Positions 46,161 through 56,297 of a stretch of DNA of 64,000 nucleotides are shown piece after piece. The stretch is from Giardia intestinalis (lineage: Eukaryota): the NCBI GenBank assembly GCA_000002435.2, contig CM018793.1; one strand, written 5' to 3'. Every line of letters begins with the position of its first letter. Within the stretch, counting starts at the first letter, position 1. Under the pieces are notes generated by a model that saw only the letters and a list, made by a program, of their open reading frames with translations, was not told the DNA's origin and ran no database searches. A program made the position numbers and the translations under genes.

Positions 46161-46166
46161 GACGCC
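46161..46166. repeat. Target-site duplication GACGCC (right copy)
   Basis: See 20140-20145. Confidence 0.8.
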
Positions 46167-49100
46167 CGCCGTCATCACGTTCCTCCGCGGCTGGAAGGTC
46201 TTCGCAGACGGCGACGACGCGCACCGGCACTACCTCAACGCGGTTACGAAGGACGCGGCGCAGATCCACGGCGTCCAGTCTGCAGAGCCCGGCGAGATGC
46301 TCTACTGCTTCAACTGGGACCCGGTCTTCGGGGGCACTGAGAGCGACCCCGAGAACCCCCACAACGCGCTCTTCTCGTTCGGGACGATGTACGAACCCGT
46401 CTTCTTCTTCCAGATCCAGATCGTGCGCATGAAGGATGGCCAGCGGAAGTTCATCCACCGGCGCGGCGGCCTGGCCCCCTTCACGAACGACTCGTTCTTC
46501 GACCTCAACCGCTACCAGATCGAGCGGACAGGCGAAGGCTTTCGGAACAGCAAGGACACGTGCTTCCTCTACGCTCTCAAGCAGAGCGGGCAGCTGAACG
46601 ACGAGGAGATCAAGGCCGCGGCGCTCCACATCAACCAGGCGGCGGTCACGTTCGCGATGGTCGACGCGATCGGCAAGCAGCTCTTCATCTGCTTCCACAT
46701 GCACATGCCGGACAGGGTCGTCCTCCGGGGCGCACAGAAGGGCCGCAAGCTCCCGCCCGGCGTCGCACTCCGGAACATCCAGATAGGCTTCGACTTCAAC
46801 CACTACTACATCTTCGACGAGAAGCTCCCCTACAGCAAGGCGTACGTGAACCACGCGTCCGTGATGATGGAGCACAACGCGTACCCGGAGAACGCGAACG
46901 TCCGCGAGGTCAGCGTCCGGAACACCTTCCACCCGGAGACCCGGGAGCCGATGCAGAAGGTCGTCTTCGGCTACCACCGCGACGACGACCCCCACACGTG
47001 CACGAGCCGCGACCTCCTCCTCTCGCTCCACAAGCAGGGCCTCCTCCGCCCGATCCGCTCAGACGACCTCCTCGCCGTCAAGGAGTCCTTCATCCGCGAG
47101 GAACACTACGCGGAGGACAACCTCGAGTTCTGCGAGAACCAACTCAAGAAGATCGAGCCCAAGAAGAAGCAGGCCCCGCCGAAGGACGTCTGGTTCGCGG
47201 ACTTCGAGACGACGACCGACGGGGACCAGCACCACCCGTTCCTCCTCTGCTTCCACGGGGCGAACAATGTGACGGGGACTACTGGGCGAAGGACTACACA
47301 GCATCGGGGACATGGTCCAGCGGCCTTCCCGCCTCGCGACCTCAACCGGCCCCAGCTGGTTACTTCACAACCTCAACTACGACGGGGCCTTCGTCCTCCC
47401 GTACTTCGACGTCAAAAGGACAGCATCGTCACCCTCGGGGCGAGCAAGATCATCGCGTTCACATCCACATCCGACTGAGCGACGACCGGAAGAACAAGCC
47501 GATCCCGATCCACTTCCGGGACTCCTACGCCCTGATCACGGCGCCCCTCAGCAAGTTCGGGAAGATGTTCAACCTCGACGTCCACAAGGAGGTCCTCCCG
47601 TACTCGTTCTACACGCAGGAGAACGTCCGCAAGCTCGCAGAGGGCTACCGGCCGACCCTCGAGGAGTACCTCTCGTACGAGATGGAGAGCAGACGGACCG
47701 AGCTCGAGCAGCTGGTCCGCATGCTGCCGGGGATGCTCGTCGAGGACCGCGTCGATGCGCTCCGCTACGCCCACTACTACTGCGCGCGGGACTGTCACGT
47801 GCTCAAGGAGGGCGTCCTCCGCTTCCGGCAGCAGCTCCTCGAGGTCACCGGGATCGACGCGTTCACGTCCATGACTCTCCCGAGCGTCGCGTACAACTAC
47901 CTCATCAACGAGAAGTGCTTCGAGGGCTGCTTCAACCTCAACACGGCTCCGCTTCTCTTCGTGCGCCAGTGCGTGACGGGCGGGCGCTGCATGCTCCGGA
48001 ACAACGAGAAGCAGTACGTCGAGGGCGAGATCATGGACTTCGACGCGGTCTCCCTGTACCCGTCCGCAATGGCGCGCATCTACACCCTCAAGGGCCACCC
48101 GAAGGTCGTCGACCCCGAGAAGCACGACCTCGGCTGGCTCCTCCGCCAGGACGGCTGCTTCCTCGAGATAGACATTCAGATCGTCCCGAAGACCCTCGAC
48201 TTCCCCCTCATCAACCGCCAGACGGAGAAGGGCCGCCACTTCTCAAACGAGCCAGGCCCGATGTTCGCGGACAACATCACGATCGAGGACATCATCGAGT
48301 ACCACAAGGTCCCGATGAACCGAATCCGCGTCCTCCGGGGCTACTACTACGACGAGGGGAAGAACTTCGCCATCCAGACCGTTATCCGGAAGCTCTTCGA
48401 TACGCGCCTCAAGTTCAAGGCGGAGGGCAACCCCCTTGAGAGCATCTACAAGCTCATCATGAACAGCTGCTACGGGAAAAGCATCCTCAAGCCCGTCTTC
48501 AAGCGGATGAACACCGTCGACCGGGCCGGGCTCGAGCGGGAGCTCCTCGACAACTCCGCCGACATCCTCTGCTGGGAGCCGCTCTACGACGGCGGCCGCT
48601 TCCTCCTCAAGCAGAGCCGCCCGCTCCTCATGGCGAACAGCTTCCCGACGTTCGGCGTCCAGGTCCTCTCGATGAGCAAGCGCATCATGACGGAGGTGAT
48701 GGCAACGGCCCAGGACCACGCGCTCCCGATCTACTACACGGACACCGACAGCATCCACATCGACAAGCGGTCAATAGAGCCGCTCCGGAACTACTTCCAC
48801 GCGCGCTTCCACCGCGAGCTCATCGGCAAGAACCTCGGCCAGTTCCACTCGGACTTCCCCGACAGCCCCTCCGGCGAGATGTTCGTCAGCCGCTTCTTCG
48901 TCGGCGTCGGCAAGAAGGCGTACCTCGACATCCTCCAGGACAGCCAGGGCCACATGAGCTACCACGCGCGCCTCAAGGGCATCCCCGAGCAGGCGATCCT
49001 CAACGAGGCCCGCCAGCGCTGCGCCCAGAACTTCCTCGGCGGGCTCTACAACCTCTACGCCGACCTCTACAACGGCGTCCCCCAGACCTTCAACCTCATC

Positions 49101-49229
49101 TACGACGGCGCCGTCCGCTTCGTCCGCGACGCGCACCTCGCCTACCGCTGCCGCGACGACTTCAAGCGCCGCGTCATCTTCGAGAAGGAGCCCGACGCGC
49201 CCCTGAACGTCGTCAAGCTCATGCAGTGA
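46167..49229 (+). pseudogene. C-terminal ~1020 codons of element-A pPolB, separated from its N-terminus by element B and carrying several frameshifts (~47270-47470)
   Basis: Resumes at ...AVITFLRGWKVF exactly where 19623-20145 stops; nucleotide comparison with 40741-41030 shows at least six 1-3 nt indels, so the ORF track splits it into 46075-47478 and 46560-49229 in different frames; downstream motifs (KLIMNSCYGKS, YYTDTDSIH) intact. Confidence 0.85.
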
Positions 49230-49231
49230 AT

Positions 49232-50293
49232 TTACTCCATGCTGCTCTCCTCGTCGCGCGCAAGGACCTCCTGGAACTCATCAAACGACAAGGCCATCAT
49301 CTGCATGCGGCGCTTGAACGGATTGACGAACCTCCCATATGCGGTCCAATCGCAGAGCTCGTTGAAGAAGACAAACGCGTTGATCCTGCGCATCCCGATC
49401 TGGACGAAGTAGCGGCGGTCCTCGCCGAGGAAGAGAGTATTCTCGACAACGTACTGGCGCGTCACCCTCGCGGCCGCGACGAGCGAGAACTGGTTCCCCG
49501 CCGAGAAGGCCTTGCTCCACTCGGTGTCCGCTGGATGGTTCAGGTTGAAGACCGGCGTGTAGACGCCCTTGTGCTTGAGGAGGAACTCGTTCGTCTTACT
49601 CACGACCCCGAGCGCGTCCTCCTCGCACTGGCGGTGTTCCTCCTCAGCAGCGCGCTGGACGATACGCTGCGCACAGATCAGCGGGTCCGTCGCAAAGCGG
49701 ACGTGTGTCGCCGGAAGGATCCCCGCGTACGACATGTAGACGTCGATCAGGTAGTGGAGGTACATCGCCTGGCGGCCCGTAATATGGCCCTCCTGCACCT
49801 GGAAAAGGACGAACGCACTCGTCGAGGGCAGCCAGCGGTCGAAGATGACGAGGTCGTAGTCCTTGTACTTGTCCGTGAAGCGGTACTCGAGGAGCTGGTC
49901 TGCGAGAGCATGTGTGACGGCGAGCTGGAAGCGGTACGCGTTGGCGTGCGGGTCCCTGTAATACTCGTCGAGCGTGATCCCGTACGCGCTGAAGCACTCG
50001 AGCCCCACAACCTCCTCGATGACCACTGCCTTCAGCCCGCTGTCCTGGGCGTGCTCGACAAGGCGGCGGCAGAAGAGGGACTTGCCGGCCCCGATGGGTC
50101 CGTCGACGACAATCATGCGCGGATCGACGCACGCCGGCGGGATGACGGATGCGTGCCGCGCCAGGCTCAACCCGCGAAGAGTGGACAGCTTCGAGTTCAC
50201 CTCGAGCAGCTCCTCGGACACGTCGTAGTAGAGGCTCGAGTGGCGGACAAGCTCGGTCCCGGGCTGGTTCTGGGGCTCGTAGTACAGGCTCAT
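49232..50293 (-). CDS. P-loop nucleoside/nucleotide kinase (TMPK/dNK family), element A copy
   Basis: IVVDGPIGAGKSLF, FDRWLPSTSAF; orthologue of 42763-43794; trimmed to MSLYYEPQ after GGAAATAAAATG. Confidence 0.55.
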   Translation of the reverse strand: MSLYYEPQNQPGTELVRHSSLYYDVSEELLEVNSKLSTLRGLSLARHASVIPPACVDPRMIVVDGPIGAGKSLFCRRLVEHAQDSGLKAVVIEEVVGLECFSAYGITLDEYYRDPHANAYRFQLAVTHALADQLLEYRFTDKYKDYDLVIFDRWLPSTSAFVLFQVQEGHITGRQAMYLHYLIDVYMSYAGILPATHVRFATDPLICAQRIVQRAAEEEHRQCEEDALGVVSKTNEFLLKHKGVYTPVFNLNHPADTEWSKAFSAGNQFSLVAAARVTRQYVVENTLFLGEDRRYFVQIGMRRINAFVFFNELCDWTAYGRFVNPFKRRMQMMALSFDEFQEVLARDEESSME

Positions 50294-50365
50294 TTTATTT
50301 CCTGGCGGCCTCCCCAATAAATGCCAAAGCATTTGAAAGTGAATTCTCCCGCCAAAAATAAAAGT

Positions 50366-50617
50366 ATGGCAGGCCACCTCCTCAGCAGCAAGGGGACCAC
50401 GAAAAACGAGAACAAGCTCTTCACCCAGAAGCCGACGCCCTTCTACGACGCAGGCACCGTCCCGGTCCGCCTCGCGTCCGTGCCCTTCGAGAACCGCAAC
50501 GAGCCGATTCGCGTCCAGATCGACGAGCCGCCCAAGCCCCGCCCTCGCGCAGGCCTCGTCCGCACCCGCAAGAGGCTGATCCCGAGGAACCGCTGGAAGA
50601 AGAACACGTACCAGTAA
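50366..50617 (+). CDS. Small protein with Arg/Lys-rich C-terminus (83 aa), element A copy
   Basis: MAGHLLSSKGT...; orthologue of 43868-44122. Confidence 0.45.
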   Translation: MAGHLLSSKGTTKNENKLFTQKPTPFYDAGTVPVRLASVPFENRNEPIRVQIDEPPKPRPRAGLVRTRKRLIPRNRWKKNTYQ

Positions 50618-50621
50618 ATGT

Positions 50622-51272
50622 TTACTTCGAGATCTCCTCGAGGAAGCGAGCGAACGTGCCCGGCTCGGTCGAGGCGTTGAGGAAGCACTGGATGCCCTCT
50701 GCCCACTGCAGCGCCTGCTCGTCGGTGAGGCACGGACTTGTCGCCGTGTACGAGCGCTTGAACTTCGGGAGCCGCGACAGCCTCACTAACTCCTCCCCGG
50801 TCTCCTCTAAGAGGTAGAAGGCAGAGCGCACTCCATCTGATGCTCGCCTGCAGAAGGCGGTGTAGTGGGGCGCGCGCACGAACTCGTCCTCGGGCCTCTT
50901 GACGAAGCGGAAGATGACCCCGAGCTGGTTGAGCCACTGGCAGAACCAGGCCGTGACTCGCTCGTAGTCCTCCGTGCCCTCGGCGCAGTCGGCAGTAATG
51001 CGGCCCAGTAGTCTTCCCACCTGGCCACAGAAGCTCTTGAAGGGCGGGCCGGCGCGGGCGGATGTCTGCTGTGCGGGCTCGGGGTGCGAAGTCTGCTGAA
51101 CGGGGTCGGGGTCGGCGTGCGCTCGAGCCTTGAGGGGGCTTCGCTTGCGAGAGGATCCTCGAGGAGGGAGGGCGATGTCTTGCGTGAAGAGGTCCTCGGT
51201 GTAATGCTCAGGAATGATGCCATCTGCCATGCGTCCTTTTATTTTCTTGACGCTCCTATCATAAAGACGCAA
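50622..51272 (-). CDS. Hypothetical protein (216 aa), element A copy of 44127-44723
   Basis: Shared core motifs; start after AGAAAATAAAAGGACGCATG. Confidence 0.5.
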   Translation of the reverse strand: MRLYDRSVKKIKGRMADGIIPEHYTEDLFTQDIALPPRGSSRKRSPLKARAHADPDPVQQTSHPEPAQQTSARAGPPFKSFCGQVGRLLGRITADCAEGTEDYERVTAWFCQWLNQLGVIFRFVKRPEDEFVRAPHYTAFCRRASDGVRSAFYLLEETGEELVRLSRLPKFKRSYTATSPCLTDEQALQWAEGIQCFLNASTEPGTFARFLEEISK

Positions 51273-51343
51273 ACCATTTCAAATCCACTTCTACCAAACA
51301 ATATTAAATTCACTTCCTTCCGGCGTCTGCAGAAAAAAAAAAA

Positions 51344-51787
51344 ATGCTGGACCTCCGCAAGCTTAACAAGGAGGACTTCGAGCAGGCCATAGCCACCTTC
51401 ATCGAGCGTGCTCTTGACCTCGAACGGCCGGAAGATCTGAACAAAGACGAGCCGATTTATAACAGAAGCTATCTCCAGATCGACCCCGTCACGCACGGAG
51501 AGTATAACCTCACCCCGGCCGTTCTCTGGTCGCTGATAGTTATGACACTGACCTCCTATGGCCTTACAATGTTTACTGAGGACGACTGTCTTTGCGTGCA
51601 ATATGGCAAAATATACAAGTTTCCCATCGAGCCGGCAGACGAAGACGTTCTCAGAGAGATACACTATGCCATACACGTTGAAGCGACAGAAGACTTGGAA
51701 CTCTTCCCCCAGACCGAAGAGGAGATCGTGGCAGCGTTCAAACAGATACTTGGCGGACAGATAGAATTCCACATCCGACCCAAGTAA
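51344..51787 (+). CDS. Hypothetical acidic protein (147 aa), last gene of element A (occupies the position of the ankyrin gene in B)
   Basis: Start after AGAAAAAAAAAAAATG; lower GC than neighbours. Confidence 0.4.
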   Translation: MLDLRKLNKEDFEQAIATFIERALDLERPEDLNKDEPIYNRSYLQIDPVTHGEYNLTPAVLWSLIVMTLTSYGLTMFTEDDCLCVQYGKIYKFPIEPADEDVLREIHYAIHVEATEDLELFPQTEEEIVAAFKQILGGQIEFHIRPK

Positions 51788-51804
51788 ACCTGCGCTCCTC
51801 GGTC

Positions 51805-52230
51805 ATGCGAATCAATTCCCGAATCAGAATCAAATCAAAATCAATTCGTCACAATTAATTGCACGAGGGGTCTCACAGGGCTCAGAAAAAAAAAATTACG
51901 CTGACCTGCCGGGCTGTCTGTATGTCGCACCTCGGTGTCGTGCGGGCCCGACAGGCTGGCTGGCTGGCCGGCAGCTGAACTGAGCCTCGAACGTACCACA
52001 CCCACAACGCGTCTCCTCCCGGCGTGCACAGTTCACGCTGGGCGGTTCCGGGGGGAGGCGCGTTTTTTTTAGAAAAATTACAGGTTTTTTATTCTATCAA
52101 AAATCATAATGTTTGGACGGGAGATTGCAGCAGGGAGAACAAAATCGCGGCGGTCGTTTTCGTTTTTTTGGGTAAGGCCCCCGGCCGGCCCAAAAAAACG
52201 AAAGCGGGCGCCTCGAGGATATATACTACT
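51805..52230. repeat. Diverged third copy of the element TIR = right terminus of the old element A (ends ...GAGGATATATACTACT)
   Basis: ~80% identity with 45680-46160 including the AATCAATT repeats, poly-A tract, GTCGCAC...GGTGTCGTGCGGGCCCG block, AAAATTACAGGTTTTTTATTCT and the stem-loop; same orientation as the B right TIR. Confidence 0.75.
52157..52204. other. Stem-loop of the element-A TIR (stem conserved, loop TAAGGCCCCCGGCC differs from the B copies)
   Basis: TTTTCGTTTTTTTGGG...CCCAAAAAAACGAAAG; covariation confined to the loop. Confidence 0.6.
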
Positions 52231-52364
52231 GGCGTGCTCCCTGTAGAGGTGATCGCGCTCTCTACGTTGATCGAGCACGATATTGTACAACTTCTTCACT
52301 TTGAGGTTGCGGCGCCTTATTTGGGTTCTAGCTCGTTCAAAGAGCTCCCCGTCGGTTCTAACAG

Positions 52365-54641
52365 GCCCCAGCTCGTCCACTTCCACAGCCTCAACTACGA
52401 CGGGGCTTTCATCCTTCGACATCAAGGAGGACTCCATCGTCACCGCACGAGGCACCCCGCAGGTCCGGGAGGGCCCGAGCATCGGCCAATCCACGACAGC
52501 ACCAACGATGGCGAAGCAGACCCACAACCATCCCACACTCTGGGCCGGACTCCCGCCCCGCGGGCCCTACTCTGCCCCGCCGCCGCTGGCCCTGCGCCCT
52601 GGGTCGGAGCGGCGGCCCGCGCCCCCGCAAGCCTCTCGGCCGCCGGAGATGCCGCGGCGCCACGCGCTGGGCCGCCCCGGGACCCGGCGCCGTCTTCCAA
52701 AAAACCCAAACCATTGCAAATCGGAATCTCTCCCGGAAAATAAAATGACGCCGGCGCTGCCGGTATGTCGCACCGAGGTGTCGTGCGGGCGCCTGGAAGG
52801 CCTTTCCTCAAGCCCCTCTGCGGAGGGCAGGGCAAGAGCCTGCGCGGCCTGCCCTGGGCGCTGTTTACTTCGGCTGGCTCCCGTGGGAGAGCACAACCGA
52901 GACCTTGCGGCAAGCCCTCCCCTGGCCGAGCGTGAACCTGACAGTGAGCTGGTCCAGGCGCATCACAGCGCGGAACGCGGCTCGAACGGTGCGGGGGAGG
53001 GCTCGAACGGCTCGAGCGATGCAGAGGAGCCTCGAGAAGATCCCGGGCGGCCTCGGGGGGTGCTCCAGAGGCGGCGTCGGAATGGTGGCATCAGACATGG
53101 TCGCTGCTTTTTATTTCCGGACACCAGGTCAACCCGAGGCCGAATCAAAATCAATTCGGAATCTGTCCGCCAAATAGTTTAGACGAGAAGTCAGACAGGC
53201 CCGAAAAGACGCGACCCGCCGCCGGTGTGCTTCGCCGCGGCGCCGCGCGAGTGGATGCACCAGTCGACCCGAGCGGCGAGAACCAGGCGGGGCAGACGGC
53301 TGGCGTGGGGTAGGAGGGCCCAGGCGCAGATGTGGGTGGCCGCCTCCCCCTAACGCTCTGCACTGTGGCTCCACCGCGCCCGAGGCAAGCAGATGGGCAG
53401 GTGGGCGCACCGACGCGCGGCGCCTGGGCCAAGACCAGGAGGTGAGGCACTAATCCTGCTAGAATAGCTATACGCCGAACCCAACGGAACGCTCGACTCC
53501 ACCTCCTTGGAAAGCACCCGACCACCCAAAAGTGGAAGAGGCCGCCGCTAAGATAGGCACTATGTTGCCCGCAGGCAGCGGCCTCAGCTACAGCACACAG
53601 AACCAAACACAACGCACGCCTTAGCCGCTGGCTCCCCCACCGGGCCATACCTGACGGCGCCCTGGCTAGCTTTGAGGTGCAAGGAAACAACTAGCTTCAC
53701 TCCTGTACACCCTCCCCAGACCAGCCGCCTATCAATCCGCTCGGCTCGCCACAGACGCTCAGTCTGTGTCGGCGCAGCCGTTGAGCTCCGCATTCACAAG
53801 AGTGGATACCAAGCACCACGCAGGCACTAAGGAGGATGGCTCCGTGCAACTGGACCTTGAGCGCAGGACGGCACAGCGTCATCCAGACGGGCTCATAGAG
53901 GTCGACGTCGTCCTGATGACCCGTTTTTGCGGGAGGAAGCCCGGCTACGTGAGATAGACATAGGCCATCCTCACACACGGACACAGTGCTTACCCTCTCA
54001 CCTTGTGGTGCTCCATGTGGCTTCCCATCTATTCATGAAGCCCGCCATGATAACACCTAGTGCACCAACGTCGGTCTTGTGCGCCCACCTGCGGCGCCCT
54101 CTATGGATCCGAGACGCTCTGGTCCCTCGCATTGTGTCGCTCAAACTGCTGGCTCCTCGAGTCTGTGTGCCCCCAGGGGCTCGGTCGAACCAAGAACAAC
54201 GAATCTCAGGCTTGCCCATGAGCTGGAACACGTCCAGGAGCCAGGCACCGTGCAAGCGGCTACCGCTCCCCAGGCGTCAGCTCCAGACTGTGGGGAGGTT
54301 CGCCCGGACACCCGCTGGCCCAGGGGTGGCGGCCCGCCAGGCTCCCAGCCCCCGGATCAATGTCCAAGGGCGGCCGCACAGCAGAAGACCGCCCCGGTGC
54401 CACGGCCGGCGACAGACAACTATTTACAGTGACGCTGCGGCTGCAGAGGCGGGGCCTCGGAGCGCCGGCCTGCCGACACGCTCCGCCGGCTCAGAGAGAG
54501 AGCCCTGGACCCGGCGCGGCTCCGCGAATAGGAGATGCAGCCGTCCTGCTTGGCGCTCTGCAGCAGGGCTATGTTCTCCTCGAAGGACATGGGCGGCGCA
54601 ACGGCCCCGGCCCTTATCACGACCGGCGGGGCATCCCTTAG
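52365..54641. repeat. Outer inverted repeat, right copy
   Basis: Reverse complement of 9213-11495; inner edge begins with the pPolB fragment 52372-52520. Confidence 0.85.
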
Positions 54642-56297
54642 CCTTGGGCCAACCGGGCGCCGCCCATGAGCCTCGCTGTCAGGTGATGTAGCGTCTTCAG
54701 GCCCCAACGACGCTCGTCACTGTCTCATCGTGCTTTGTGACTTAACTCGTGTGGCCCTTGGCTTGTCCTTGCCACAGAATGCACTCTTGAAGTCGGATGA
54801 GCGGAAACTGATGGTCGACTGTAGCTCGCTGCAACGTTTGTGTGTCGACCACCTACCCAGCCACGCTCAGAGATCAATGACCCGGCCAACTCTTCTTGGA
54901 CAACAAAAAGGCCACCGGCAGACTCGAAATCCTTGTGGACGACACAGGGAAGGGATCCTCGCTGGCATCGATCTTGTCGGGGTCGTGGAGGTAGGTAAGG
55001 ATGATGACGATCTGCTCCATGATGGAGAGCACTGTATCGGTAGGGTTACCGGTTCTTGCACAATCGGCAACCACATCTTGAGGCACCGATCCCAGCGGTC
55101 CATAACGATGACATGGAGTGGGCGTCTCTGAGCACCCGGTAGTGCCTAATGGCATCTAGGTGTCAGCGTCTGGAAATGGTGGCCAGCGCGACCCAGTGGC
55201 CTCCGTGAGCTTCCCACTCTGAGCCTTGGGTAGCTACCTATCACATGGACAGTACCAAAGCTGCCCACATCAAGCACCCCTCCTCGCATCGATGCAGCTC
55301 GTCAAGAGCGAACACGGAATATCGGGTGCGCCGTCCCCAGCCATGACGGTGTCAACGGCGCTGTGCAGAGCACGCTCGGGGGCAGGGGAGTGGCCACCCC
55401 TTTTCCCGGTTGCTGGCTGGCTGGCGAAGTATACGAGGCGCACCCGCTTGTCAGGCAGCTGTCTGAGATGAGGGCATTCCCGGCCCGGAGAGGCCCCTGC
55501 TTAGAACAGGTCACCAATTGTGTAGTAGAAGGAGCACGATCCTTGACATCCTTCCGTGCCAGACTGAAGGAACAAGCTCTGATGCGCTCCTTGCATTTTC
55601 TATTATCATAAACAGTGCTCGATAAGGTAGACGGTATCCCTAAGGAGACACACCGATGCGCTGTGCGAGTCGTCAACCACTTTCCGATCAATCTTATATG
55701 GGTGCGTCTCAGTATGGCCCATATGTTCGCAACATCACAACCGCCGCAGTTGCTATTTACAAAAAGTGGGCCATCAGTGAATGAAGCCAACAAACCCTGG
55801 ACTGTGAGGGAGACGCCTTTTCACGCCTGTCTCATGCCAGTACTTTGGGCCCTCGAATACTTATTGCCGCAAACCAAGCCAATCTATCGGCGTGTCAGGC
55901 GTATCGTTGCGACCATAAGGCTCAGTTTCTTTCATAATTAGCCCTGCTACCATCCACATCGCTGCGAGTGTCCCGCAATAGACTTGAGTAGGAAGCGCTT
56001 TAAACCCTTGACAAAAGCCCGCAGGCGGCACTAAACGCGCAGTTGATAAGCAAAATGGCCTTAGCCCCAGTAGTCTGTACAGCGCTGGTTGCGCCACGTA
56101 GCAGGCTTTCGGAGCACCCGTCTTCCCCTTCTTCCACAAGGGGTCCCGCTGTTGGTCATGGTGTTCTGAAATTGGACTGTTTTAGGCACATCCAGAATAC
56201 TCACACCCACCCTACTAGCGCACCTAATGCCTGTGCCGGATGAAATAGTGAGCGCGATCCATTTAACCTCAGTTTTCTGCGTTCAAAGTAAAAATTA

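Noticed and set aside
46156-48439. Multiple long ORFs on both strands across the element-A polymerase remnant (46156-47031-, 47312-48439+, 47412-48239-, 48243-48758-)
   Set aside because: Same GC-driven artefact; the only sequence with homology is the frameshifted pPolB reading frame.
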